From a virus (Duplodnaviria; Caudoviricetes): a DNA stretch of 64,000 nucleotides. The notes under the pieces were generated by a model that saw nothing but the letters and a program-made list of their open reading frames with translations, was not told the DNA's origin and searched no databases. The DNA lies in IMG/VR virus record IMGVR_UViG_3300032235_000808, positions 16,717-80,716 of that record. The stretch is one strand, 5' to 3'. Shown in pieces: positions 31,583-40,702 of this stretch. Each line of letters starts with the position of its first letter. The first letter of the stretch is position 1. Position numbers and translations under genes: made by a program.

Positions 31583-32842
31583 TTATTTTTTTTTTTCGTC
31601 AATTGCTTCATCAACAATATCTAACATTTTATCTAATTCTTTGGAGTCCGTTTGATAAATTGGTTCATCATCTTTATCAATTGGGTCGACACCCACATCC
31701 CAAGCTTCATCAACTTCAGGTATCTCATCTTCATCCATCGAATACATTTGTTCTATTTTTTCATTCTCTATTTTTTCTAAAAGTTCAATAGCATTTAAAT
31801 AAGGTTCGGGTGAAGATTCTTCTAACGCCTCTAATCTTTCGATTTCATTGAATTCGGCAATTGCTTGGTCAATTTCTTCGTCAGTAAAATTTAATTCAAT
31901 GTCATCATTAAAAACATCAACAGTCTTAGATTCTTCTAAAATTTTTTCTTCATATATCTCCTCTTCGTCCTCATCATCGACTTCAATATCTTTCAATCTA
32001 TATTCACTGTTTGCTAATGCTCCAACAGGGTCCTCACTATTATCCTCATATCCACGTATTTCATTTTGAATTTCTCCAATTTTTTTCATACGTTCGGCAA
32101 TTCTTTTGAATTCAATTTTTTGTGCTCGTTCTAATATTTCTTCATCACTTAAAGTTTCTTCATCTTTTAATGATGCTTTTTGAATTTTTTCATATTCATC
32201 ATGTGCATTTACTAAAGCCTCATTTGGTTTTGGTGGATTTAATAAATGTTTTTCCAATATCGCTAAATCTTCTTCAGAAAATCTAACTCTTGAAATCTCT
32301 CCTATTAAATCAGATGCATCTATTTTTGTTGGTTCTTCTTCCTCTTTTTTATCGTCAACAATAACTTCAACTTGTCTTTCCGTCTCACTGAATTTTACTA
32401 ACATATGAAGGAATGATAATGATATTAGTGGTAACATACCACCTGAGAAGAACGCCAGAAATCGTTTGTGTCCTATGAAGTCCGTAGGCTCAACTCCTGT
32501 TATCTCTAACAATGGTGATACGAGCTCAACCCAAGATTTAAACGAACTGGCGGTTACATCAATGAATGAATAGGCAAAGAATATATTACCGATAAATTGT
32601 ATTAATGTAACAATACCAAATGGAAAATAAATTTTCTTTCCCATATTTGCAGAAATTGCCGCAAGTGCTGATAACGCAGCAATCTCAATACCTACCGATA
32701 GATAGATTGCCCACGTAAAAGGATTTGATATTCCATACCATTGGGTTACGTGTGATATTGAAACCACTGCTACCGTAATGATAGGTATTAAAAACGCTAA
32801 TATAATTATCGTTTTGTAATTGTTATGAAACCAAACTTTCAT
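31583..32842 (-). CDS. Membrane protein (about 4 TM) with long acidic tail; possible -1 frameshift extension to 31485
   Basis: Hydrophobic helices in first 150 aa; ends EKKK on an A11 run. Confidence 0.75.
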   Translation of the reverse strand: MKVWFHNNYKTIIILAFLIPIITVAVVSISHVTQWYGISNPFTWAIYLSVGIEIAALSALAAISANMGKKIYFPFGIVTLIQFIGNIFFAYSFIDVTASSFKSWVELVSPLLEITGVEPTDFIGHKRFLAFFSGGMLPLISLSFLHMLVKFSETERQVEVIVDDKKEEEEPTKIDASDLIGEISRVRFSEEDLAILEKHLLNPPKPNEALVNAHDEYEKIQKASLKDEETLSDEEILERAQKIEFKRIAERMKKIGEIQNEIRGYEDNSEDPVGALANSEYRLKDIEVDDEDEEEIYEEKILEESKTVDVFNDDIELNFTDEEIDQAIAEFNEIERLEALEESSPEPYLNAIELLEKIENEKIEQMYSMDEDEIPEVDEAWDVGVDPIDKDDEPIYQTDSKELDKMLDIVDEAIDEKKK

Positions 32843-33108
32843 TATTTGTTAGATTCTAATTTTTTTATTTCTTCGTCAATCTGTGTTTGTCTTTGAACAT
32901 CTAAAATTTTTCTATCAGATGCTTGGATTGAACGTTTCTCGGATTTTAATCCTTCGATTTGCATTTGTTTATTTAAACGGCCTTCTAATTCGGTCATTTC
33001 TTTTCTAACCTTAGTTATTTCTCTTGTGTCACCACAACTTTTTAAAAAACCTAATAATGATATCACTAATACAATCATAGTGAATTTTTCTTCGATAAAT
33101 TTTTTCAT
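32842..33108 (-). CDS. Membrane-anchored coiled-coil protein (possible lipoprotein)
   Basis: Hydrophobic stretch then LKSCG, then coiled coil. Confidence 0.6.
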   Translation of the reverse strand: MKKFIEEKFTMIVLVISLLGFLKSCGDTREITKVRKEMTELEGRLNKQMQIEGLKSEKRSIQASDRKILDVQRQTQIDEEIKKLESNK

Positions 33109-33110
33109 GT

Positions 33111-33920
33111 CTATAAATAGTTTAATAGATTGAAACTCTCGTTTCTTAATTTCTTTATTGCCTTGTCTCTCAACTGTCTAATACGCTCTTTGGTACATCC
33201 AAACTCGTCACCTAAGTCGTCTAAGTTACATTCAATACCGTTTAATCCGTAATATTTCTCGATAATAACTTTTTCTCTATCATCAAGTACGTTTAACATT
33301 TGAGCCACACGTTTTTTAATTTCTTCAGGAGTATTGAATATTTCTTCGGGATTCCCTGCGTCCTTGTTTGGTATTAAATCAATCAATTGGTCGCCATCTT
33401 CATTGATTTCCTTAAACAATCCAACACAATATGGTAATGTAGTTGTATTGTCATTATTATTATCAATGTGGAACTTATCAATTTTATTTGTTTCGTTCTT
33501 CTTATTCTTTTGAGCCTCTTGAACTAAGTTAGATGGTAGTCTAATTGTTCTTGCATTATCATTTAATGAAGCCATGATAGCTTGTTTAACCCACCACACC
33601 GCATATGATATGAATTTTAAACCACTCTTAGGGTCGAAACGTTCTGTTGCTTTGATTAATCCGATATTACCTTCTGATATTAAATCTAACAAGTCTAAAC
33701 CCTGTCCTTGATACATTTTGGCAACAGAAATAACAAATCTTAGGTTACCTAATACAAGTTCTTCTAATAATTTATCCTTTTCTTTCTTGGTTGTGTTAGA
33801 ATCAAGTAACGATTTGAATATTTCGTCTTGTCTTTGATGACTTACGATAGGTATTTTACGAATGTCTTTTATATACTGATTTATTTCATCTGTACTGATA
33901 AGAACGGCAGGTTTTCTCAT
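33111..33920 (-). CDS. RNA polymerase sigma-70 family factor (RpoD/RpoS-like, no region 1.1)
   Basis: NLRFVISVAKMYQ, DLISEGNIGLIKA.ERFD, KFISYAVWW, ARTIRLP, TKERIRQLRDKAIKKLR. Confidence 0.93.
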   Translation of the reverse strand: MRKPAVLISTDEINQYIKDIRKIPIVSHQRQDEIFKSLLDSNTTKKEKDKLLEELVLGNLRFVISVAKMYQGQGLDLLDLISEGNIGLIKATERFDPKSGLKFISYAVWWVKQAIMASLNDNARTIRLPSNLVQEAQKNKKNETNKIDKFHIDNNNDNTTTLPYCVGLFKEINEDGDQLIDLIPNKDAGNPEEIFNTPEEIKKRVAQMLNVLDDREKVIIEKYYGLNGIECNLDDLGDEFGCTKERIRQLRDKAIKKLRNESFNLLNYL

Positions 33921-33960
33921 AAATTTATGGTATTATATTATACAATATAACTAAAAAGTC

Positions 33961-34404
33961 TTAGTTTTCAAAATTATCTAAGAACTTTTTTTCTTCGGAG
34001 GTAAGACTATCCATTCCGGTCTTTTCAATCTTTTCCAATAAATCATCTAATTCGAACACTTGTGATGATTCGGGTTTTGCGTACTCTAAATTCATAAACT
34101 TTGCGTTAGACGGCTTGTAAATGAAATCTTTTATTTGTTGTGGAACATGTGCACTAACTAAATTACTTCTGTCAAATATAAAATAAAACCTAACACTATC
34201 ATTTTTTAGAACATCAAACATATCTTTAGATAACTTTTGTAATTCACTATCTGAATCAAATATTACTATAATATTTTGAGAATTTTCAATCACGTATCTA
34301 ACAGATTTAACACAATCCATTTCACCAATGACATCCATGCAAAAATATTCTATATCTTCGTGGTCTTCAAACATCCCGAAAATAAATAAAATAAAGGTAT
34401 TCAT
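33961..34404 (-). CDS. Hypothetical protein with C-terminal DUF6576-like motif
   Basis: LDDLLEKIEKTGMDSLTSEEKKFL. Confidence 0.6.
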   Translation of the reverse strand: MNTFILFIFGMFEDHEDIEYFCMDVIGEMDCVKSVRYVIENSQNIIVIFDSDSELQKLSKDMFDVLKNDSVRFYFIFDRSNLVSAHVPQQIKDFIYKPSNAKFMNLEYAKPESSQVFELDDLLEKIEKTGMDSLTSEEKKFLDNFEN

Positions 34405-34408
34405 AAAA

Positions 34409-35065
34409 TTACTTTTTAAGTTTTATTTTCCAATACATACCAAATCCAACATATGGTGACATTTTGTTACCGGTTGGTGTGTTACTATTGGCAACTCCAA
34501 GATTTAATTGAACTAACTTATCTCTCTTAGTTTTTAGTATTAAACCGGCAGATACGTTACTAACAACATCTTCTTTGTTAAATCCACCATTGAATCCCCA
34601 ATATACTTGGTTCTTTGGTAATTCTTTTACTATTGTTGTTTCTTTAACAGTTCTTTCTTTTAGATATGCATTCCATTTTCTACCCAATACTTTATTCTTA
34701 TAAATTGTATCGGTAATTGAAATCATACCTAAATCATTATCTAATTTTAATGAATCTTTATAAACAACTTTCTTATAAAAATCTCTAAGAATTGTTAGGG
34801 TATCCACTTTTGTTAATACAGGAACCTCGACATTCTTTTCAACAACGGTTTCGTGATAAATGTCATCACCTTTAACGTACTTTGTTTTATAATGGTCTAC
34901 AACAAATGTATCAACCTTACGGCTTAACAGTTCGTATTTTTTACCGTTAACTTTAATAGTTTCACCGGGAATGTCACCACCTTTATCTGTGAAGTAGTAA
35001 TAGGCTACAATACATGCTAATATGATTAGGACTATTGTTTTGATATCAAGTTTGAAAGTATTCAT
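34409..35065 (-). CDS. Membrane-anchored protein (possibly spanin-like)
   Basis: N-terminal TM, DT-rich stalk, beta-strand C-terminus ending YVGFGMYWKI. Confidence 0.55.
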   Translation of the reverse strand: MNTFKLDIKTIVLIILACIVAYYYFTDKGGDIPGETIKVNGKKYELLSRKVDTFVVDHYKTKYVKGDDIYHETVVEKNVEVPVLTKVDTLTILRDFYKKVVYKDSLKLDNDLGMISITDTIYKNKVLGRKWNAYLKERTVKETTIVKELPKNQVYWGFNGGFNKEDVVSNVSAGLILKTKRDKLVQLNLGVANSNTPTGNKMSPYVGFGMYWKIKLKK

Positions 35066-35093
35066 TATATCTATTTTATATATAAATATAATG

Positions 35094-35115
35094 AAGGGGA
35101 CTTTTGTCCCCTTTT
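35094..35115. terminator. Hairpin/terminator after clpP
   Basis: AAGGGGAC-TTTT-GTCCCCTTTT. Confidence 0.6.
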
Positions 35116-35116
35116 A

Positions 35117-35788
35117 TTATTTCTTCTTAACTATCTCGTCAATGATACCGTAAGCCAAAGCTTCGTCAGCACCTAACCATAAATCTCGACTTGCATCGTT
35201 CTTAACCGTTTCAGCATCTTTACCACAGTATCCACCTAACAATTCAAATAATGTATTGTTAATTTTTTCCCACTCAATCATAGTGATACGAGCATCTTGG
35301 ATATTACCACCGGCACCTCCTGATGATTGGTGTAACATTGTACGAGAGAAACGTAATGAACCACGTTTACCTTTTGTACCTGCACCCAATAAAACAGAAC
35401 CCATAGATGCTGCCATACCTGTGTTAATTGTACGAATGTCTGAACCAATGTAATCCATAACATCAACCATTGATAAACCCGACTTCACACTTCCTCCTGG
35501 TGAGTCGATATGCATCGTGATGTCCGTACTATCCAAACTGTCTAAGAACATTAATTGTGCTTGAACTATGGTGGACATATGGTCATTTACCTCACCGGCC
35601 ACCCATATAATTCTTTCCATCATCAAACGTGAGAACACATCCATTACAGTTACATTCATACTTCTTTCTTCAAGAATATATGGTGTCATACTGTTTTCAA
35701 TGTTTGTGTTGAATCTGTGTAAATCTAACGAACTGATTTTGTGGTCTTTAGCGTATAGACCAAAACTATTTAATTCTTTCGGTGTCAT
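35117..35788 (-). CDS. clpP: ATP-dependent Clp protease proteolytic subunit
   Basis: MDVFSRLMMERII, DSPGGSV, AASMG (Ser), MLHQ (His), RDLWL (Asp). Confidence 0.95.
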   Translation of the reverse strand: MTPKELNSFGLYAKDHKISSLDLHRFNTNIENSMTPYILEERSMNVTVMDVFSRLMMERIIWVAGEVNDHMSTIVQAQLMFLDSLDSTDITMHIDSPGGSVKSGLSMVDVMDYIGSDIRTINTGMAASMGSVLLGAGTKGKRGSLRFSRTMLHQSSGGAGGNIQDARITMIEWEKINNTLFELLGGYCGKDAETVKNDASRDLWLGADEALAYGIIDEIVKKK

Positions 35789-35807
35789 ATATTTATTATT
35801 TAGGTAA

Positions 35808-35815
35808 CAAAGATA
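35808..35815 (-). promoter_or_regulatory. Bacteroidota-type -7 promoter element TATCTTTG
   Basis: TAnnTTTG about 20 nt upstream of clpP ATG. Confidence 0.6.
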
Positions 35816-35830
35816 GTAAAAAATTTCAGA

Positions 35831-38182
35831 CTACGAAATTTTTGTTGTGATAAAATCAATTGATGAAACATTCTCATCTTTCTTAATCATAATAAGATTA
35901 TCTGACCAGTTACGAATCAATGGATTATGAGAAATAACGATAATATGTTCAAAGTAGTTTTTAATCTTCTTAAAAAATTCACCAACCATTTCAAGGTTTT
36001 CATCCGCAATTTTGCCAAAGACTTCATCCATTACAACGATATTAGGCTTTGGTAATGATGAGATTTTGGTCAACACACTACGAAGTGCTAATGACGAAAT
36101 TGTTCTTTCATAACCTGAACCGGCATTAAGAGGTTTTGCAATTCGTGATTCATTGTCAATCATAATAAACTCAACCTCATTCTTATCGTTGATATTCATC
36201 TCCAAAATGAAATGACAACTATCAACCAATAAACGATATAGTTCTTGGTTAATTAACGGAACCATATTTTTAAGTATAACTTTTGAAATACCATTCTTAC
36301 CATAAACTGTAAGGTATACTTTAAACACTTGCATTAATTCTTCCTCCGATTTAATTTTCTTGATTAAATCTTCGTTCACACCAATCTTTTCTTTCATATT
36401 GGTGATGTTGTTCTTATGTTTCTCAGTATTTGTACCGTTTAAACGAATGTCAGCGTTTGCCGTTTCAATTTTGGTTCTAATACCAACAACCTCTGCATCG
36501 ATTTTACGATTATCCTCAAGTTTCTTCTTGTTGTTCTCGTAATTGTCTAACTTTAATTGTTTTGCATCAATTTCAACTTGTTTTTGTTCAACCTCCAATT
36601 CATAACGAGCTTGGATTAACTTATTTCTTTCATAAGCATCGAACTCATCTTTCAAACTTTTAAATGACTTATTCTTTTCTTCTAAATCATCTTGTTTGAT
36701 TTTACGTTCTACACGTTTGTTTTTTAATGATTCAATAAGTTCTTTAATCTTATTAATCTCATCAGTATGGTCAACATCTTCAAGTGCTCTATTACATGTT
36801 GGACATATAGAACCTTCCTCAAATTGTTTGATGAGTTTTTCGTTTCTTGCAATTGCATCAACATCTAATTTATCCTCAACCAATAACGAGTTAATTTCTT
36901 TTTTAATTAACTCATGTTCTTCTTCTAAATAATATTGAGATGGTTCTACAACGTTTACATTATTGGCGTTGGTTCTACTCGATGATTGTTTAGTTTTTAA
37001 ATCCTTAATATCATTCTCAAGTTGATTTGGATTGGTATTAATTAGTTCGGTATCAATATTATTGTTTCTTGACCCGAGTAATTCATCTCTCCTATCCTCT
37101 AAACCTTTTAATGCTTTAGTATGTACATCTAGTTCATCAGCTAAAATAATTAGCTGTTCTTCTGAATTAGCTATACTATCACTATAAGTTTGATTGTCGA
37201 TTTCTAACTGAGCAATGTTGTGAGTATTTGAAATTAATTTCTTACTCCAATCATTATAGATACCTTTAGCAACCTCTTCTTTTAATTTAAGAGACTCTAA
37301 TCCCATGAACTTAGTCAATATCTGTCCACGAGCGGTTGGCTTCGACTCAATCAATTCCTCGAGGTTATAACCGGTAGTTAAGATAGTTGACAAGAAGTCT
37401 TCCTCAGTACCAATAGCCGATTCAATAAACGCTTCGGTTTCTCTACGTTGTTCACCGGCCAAATTCTCTATTGTACCGTCTTCCTTACGTTTGTAAAACT
37501 CTAACTTATTGGTAACCGTATAATCACCTGACTTTGATTTCTTTCTTAATGTTTTTCTTTCAATAACATAATCACCACCATCGATTGTAATTTCACCGGT
37601 TACACTAACCTCATCCTTATCTGTGAATCGATTAAAGATTTCTGCATTGGTTTTGGTCTTAGTCGTTGAGTTAAAGAATAAGAACATTAATAGGTCTACG
37701 GTTGAAGTAGATTTCCCACCAAAGTTTTTAGGTGTGGACTCAACAACTGATATTCCATCCAAATTAGTAAAGTCAATAACATTATTATCCCCGAAAGATA
37801 AAAAATTAGAAAACTCGACTTTTTTGATGAACCATTTGTTGTACCGTACTTTATTTTCATTTTGTTTTTCAATTTCTCCATTAACTCTATTATCTAATCT
37901 ATCAATAAGTTCCCATTTAGTAGACATCTTGTTTTCATCCATGAATTCCTTCATCAATGTTTTTTGATATTGACTATCTAAAATGTTATCTGAAACTTCT
38001 AATGATTGTAATCGAGTATTTTGTACATTAGTTAAAGTCTTGGTAATGATTTGTACACTGGCTCCATTATACTTGTTCTGAAAGTATGTCTTTACTCTCT
38101 TGATTTTTTCTGGCGTGAAGTTCTCTTGCACGTCTTGCCATGTTACTTTTACGAATGGATTCGATGTTTTTGTGATACTCAT
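35831..38182 (-). CDS. sbcC: SbcC/Rad50-like ATPase (gp46-like) with N-terminal extension
   Basis: FSNFLSFG, Walker A NFGGKST, Zn hook CPTC, signature GSGYE, Walker B VVMDE, ISH; first ATG at 38182. Confidence 0.92.
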   Translation of the reverse strand: MSITKTSNPFVKVTWQDVQENFTPEKIKRVKTYFQNKYNGASVQIITKTLTNVQNTRLQSLEVSDNILDSQYQKTLMKEFMDENKMSTKWELIDRLDNRVNGEIEKQNENKVRYNKWFIKKVEFSNFLSFGDNNVIDFTNLDGISVVESTPKNFGGKSTSTVDLLMFLFFNSTTKTKTNAEIFNRFTDKDEVSVTGEITIDGGDYVIERKTLRKKSKSGDYTVTNKLEFYKRKEDGTIENLAGEQRRETEAFIESAIGTEEDFLSTILTTGYNLEELIESKPTARGQILTKFMGLESLKLKEEVAKGIYNDWSKKLISNTHNIAQLEIDNQTYSDSIANSEEQLIILADELDVHTKALKGLEDRRDELLGSRNNNIDTELINTNPNQLENDIKDLKTKQSSSRTNANNVNVVEPSQYYLEEEHELIKKEINSLLVEDKLDVDAIARNEKLIKQFEEGSICPTCNRALEDVDHTDEINKIKELIESLKNKRVERKIKQDDLEEKNKSFKSLKDEFDAYERNKLIQARYELEVEQKQVEIDAKQLKLDNYENNKKKLEDNRKIDAEVVGIRTKIETANADIRLNGTNTEKHKNNITNMKEKIGVNEDLIKKIKSEEELMQVFKVYLTVYGKNGISKVILKNMVPLINQELYRLLVDSCHFILEMNINDKNEVEFIMIDNESRIAKPLNAGSGYERTISSLALRSVLTKISSLPKPNIVVMDEVFGKIADENLEMVGEFFKKIKNYFEHIIVISHNPLIRNWSDNLIMIKKDENVSSIDFITTKIS

Positions 38183-38813
38183 TGTATTCTTTTGTATATT
38201 TTTCAATTAGTTTTTCATATTTTTCGGTACCTATATTATAAGAATAGTCAGGAAGATATATACCTTTTTCATTTTTGTTAAACAAATCAACATCACCTAT
38301 TTTAAAACATAACCAATGTTCGGGTCTACCTGCGGTTACAGTATTTGTTTTCCATAGACCTCTTACTAATTTATTTAAATCTCGTACTACACTAAAATTA
38401 ATATGCCAAAATTGTGTAAAATTACTATTAAACCTTGAAAATGTGTTAAATTCATAATCAGGTTCATAATGAATATATGGATTTCCATTTTTATCAAAAC
38501 ATGGAAATGATGGATAAGCGTATTTTTCTTTCCTTTCTTGTGGAATGTTATAAGTTGGAAATGGTAACGTAAATTGATTAAAATTTATACATGGTTGTTC
38601 CAAATAATGTCCAACCCATTTACCCGCTTCATTTTCATTCCCACCTCTTCTATCGGTATGAATAGTATCTATTCCCTTATGATTTGGATTTCGTATTAAA
38701 TTATATCCGTGTGTCTGTTTTAAGGCAACTTTTGACTCGATAGTTACCGGTCTATCATAAAATGACACCGCTTCGTCGGTACCTCTATAATTTCCTGTTA
38801 AATTTACTGCCAT
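38067..38813 (-). CDS. Putative PD-(D/E)XK-like endonuclease overlapping sbcC
   Basis: ATG at 38813 just after upstream stop; NPNHKGID...GNENEAGKW resembles a D...ExE nuclease core (weak). Confidence 0.45.
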   Translation of the reverse strand: MAVNLTGNYRGTDEAVSFYDRPVTIESKVALKQTHGYNLIRNPNHKGIDTIHTDRRGGNENEAGKWVGHYLEQPCINFNQFTLPFPTYNIPQERKEKYAYPSFPCFDKNGNPYIHYEPDYEFNTFSRFNSNFTQFWHINFSVVRDLNKLVRGLWKTNTVTAGRPEHWLCFKIGDVDLFNKNEKGIYLPDYSYNIGTEKYEKLIEKYTKEYNEYHKNIESIRKSNMARRARELHARKNQESKDILSEQV

Positions 38814-38814
38814 T

Positions 38815-39126
38815 TTATTTGATTCTACTCTCTTCGAAAAATTCAACGATAGCGTTAACCATCCAAACTGCTCCGGCGGTAAACATCCCATCAAAAAATA
38901 TAGTAGGCATCATAGGTAACTCAATATAAGTATTTACTAATCCACCTAAAATCAATGACATAAAGAAACCAACCCAAGTTCCTGTACATAATGTACATGA
39001 TATTAAGTCACCAAAAAACTTTGAGTGTTTCTTTATAAAATTACGAGCCTTTTCAAAAATAGACCCCCAAACAAGGATGGAGGTCATTCCATAACCTGCC
39101 AAAATCCAAAAAATAATTAATTCCAT
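38815..39126 (-). CDS. DUF1360-like CxxC membrane protein
   Basis: TM helices with GDLISCTLCTGTWVG. Confidence 0.7.
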   Translation of the reverse strand: MELIIFWILAGYGMTSILVWGSIFEKARNFIKKHSKFFGDLISCTLCTGTWVGFFMSLILGGLVNTYIELPMMPTIFFDGMFTAGAVWMVNAIVEFFEESRIK

Positions 39127-39162
39127 ATTGAAATATAGATAAAAAAAATGAATTAAAAAAAT

Positions 39163-39915
39163 CTATTCGTCATAAAGTGAATTTAAATTACTATTTTTCA
39201 TATACTTGGCTCTATTAATTTTACCAAGACTTTCTGTAATAGCATCCAATTCTTTTTGTAATTGTTCATTTAGTCCTTTTAAACGAATAATCTCAGTTTC
39301 GTCTATTTTAACGATTTCCTTTATAACTTCAACTGGTACTTCTTTGATTACCTCCCTGATAATTTCAACGGGAACTTCTTTGATAATCTCCTTAATAACT
39401 TCAATCGGAACCTCTTTAATCACCTCAACCGGTACTTCTTTGATAATCTCAACAGGTACCTCTTTTACAATTGTTTTAGTTTTTGATTTACCCTGAATTT
39501 CTTTTATTACCTCAACCTCGATAGGAACTTCTTTAATGATTTCCTTAACGACTTCTATTTCAATAGGAACTTCTTTTATTATTTCCTTAATTACTTCGAT
39601 TTCAATGGGGACTTCTTTGATGACTTCCTTAATAACCTCGACCTGTACTTCTCTAATAACTTCCCTAATAACCTCAACTGGTACTTCCACAAGCTTCTCA
39701 ACTGTGACTTCAACGATTTTTTCGACTTCTTTGATGATTTCTTTTTCAATTGTTACCTCCTTTCCTTTAATGTGTGATGGAGTCTCACCATATTTTAATA
39801 AAGTGAAACCTCGGTTAAATGTTTCTTTAGCTTTCTTATCTACGTCTTGAATGTTATTTAATTCACAATATTGTATGAATTCTTTATCCAAGGTTAAGGT
39901 GTACTTCTTTACCAT
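39163..39915 (-). CDS. Protein with EVIKEVP(I/V) repeats
   Basis: About 150 aa of KEVPVEVIKE-type repeats followed by a coiled coil. Confidence 0.75.
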   Translation of the reverse strand: MVKKYTLTLDKEFIQYCELNNIQDVDKKAKETFNRGFTLLKYGETPSHIKGKEVTIEKEIIKEVEKIVEVTVEKLVEVPVEVIREVIREVQVEVIKEVIKEVPIEIEVIKEIIKEVPIEIEVVKEIIKEVPIEVEVIKEIQGKSKTKTIVKEVPVEIIKEVPVEVIKEVPIEVIKEIIKEVPVEIIREVIKEVPVEVIKEIVKIDETEIIRLKGLNEQLQKELDAITESLGKINRAKYMKNSNLNSLYDE

Positions 39916-40702
39916 CCTCTATATCGGTTATATCTTTTATTTCAAAATGGAGAAATGGTTGTTCATTTGGTAAATCGTGAAATGTATATCCATCAATCTC
40001 TACATTATATATACCATAACCATGATGTTTCACCGTCTCACCAAAATTTTGTTGAATAAGACTTCCCGGCATTACCGCCTTTCCACCTTCAGGTAATGTA
40101 AATGTTTGTCTCTTATGAATGTCACCACATAATAATAAATCCAAACCAACAAAGTTTAATCTATCATAAGCATCTTCAAACTCAAATCCCATATCCGTAG
40201 ATAATCCTTGAATTGGTCCGTGGAATAAACCTACATGAAATTTACCTTCTTCCTTCTCGTACTCAGGTTTTACATTATGTTGATACAATGAATAAACAAC
40301 CCAATTGATATTCTCGTCAGGATATACACCACTATCTTTATAATATGTGATTGGTTCATCATATAATAGTTCAACAATTGGTGTGATGCTATCTAAACGT
40401 TGTGTATTGTTCTCTAAGAAGTCGTGGTTACCCGGTATGATAACAACCCTACCAAACTCACCTAATTGTTTTAGGAACCAACTTGTTAACATCAATTGTT
40501 CATTGGAGATATTAATTTTTTGATGTGCAATATCACCGGCAACAACAATACGAATGTTTCCCCAACCAAGACCTTCATCCACCCAACCTTTATATTGGAC
40601 TTTTAGTTCTTCAATTAATCTTTCAAATTGTTTTTTATACAATTCATGATATTGAAATGTTCTAATATGAATATCGGCAATGTGTACTATTCTTTTTATC
40701 AT
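39884..40702 (-). CDS. sbcD: SbcD/Mre11-like metallophosphoesterase nuclease (gp47-like), short
   Basis: HIADIH, AGDIAH, PGNHD, FHG, GDIHK, PGSLIQQNFGE. Confidence 0.9.
   Translation of the reverse strand: MIKRIVHIADIHIRTFQYHELYKKQFERLIEELKVQYKGWVDEGLGWGNIRIVVAGDIAHQKINISNEQLMLTSWFLKQLGEFGRVVIIPGNHDFLENNTQRLDSITPIVELLYDEPITYYKDSGVYPDENINWVVYSLYQHNVKPEYEKEEGKFHVGLFHGPIQGLSTDMGFEFEDAYDRLNFVGLDLLLCGDIHKRQTFTLPEGGKAVMPGSLIQQNFGETVKHHGYGIYNVEIDGYTFHDLPNEQPFLHFEIKDITDIEDGKEVHLNLG

Noticed and set aside
39126-39165. TAG at 39163 is also in frame with the downstream DUF1360 gene with no intervening stop
   Set aside because: The 36-nt gap is a T-rich promoter-like sequence (TATATTTC) and the two proteins are unrelated; likely coincidence
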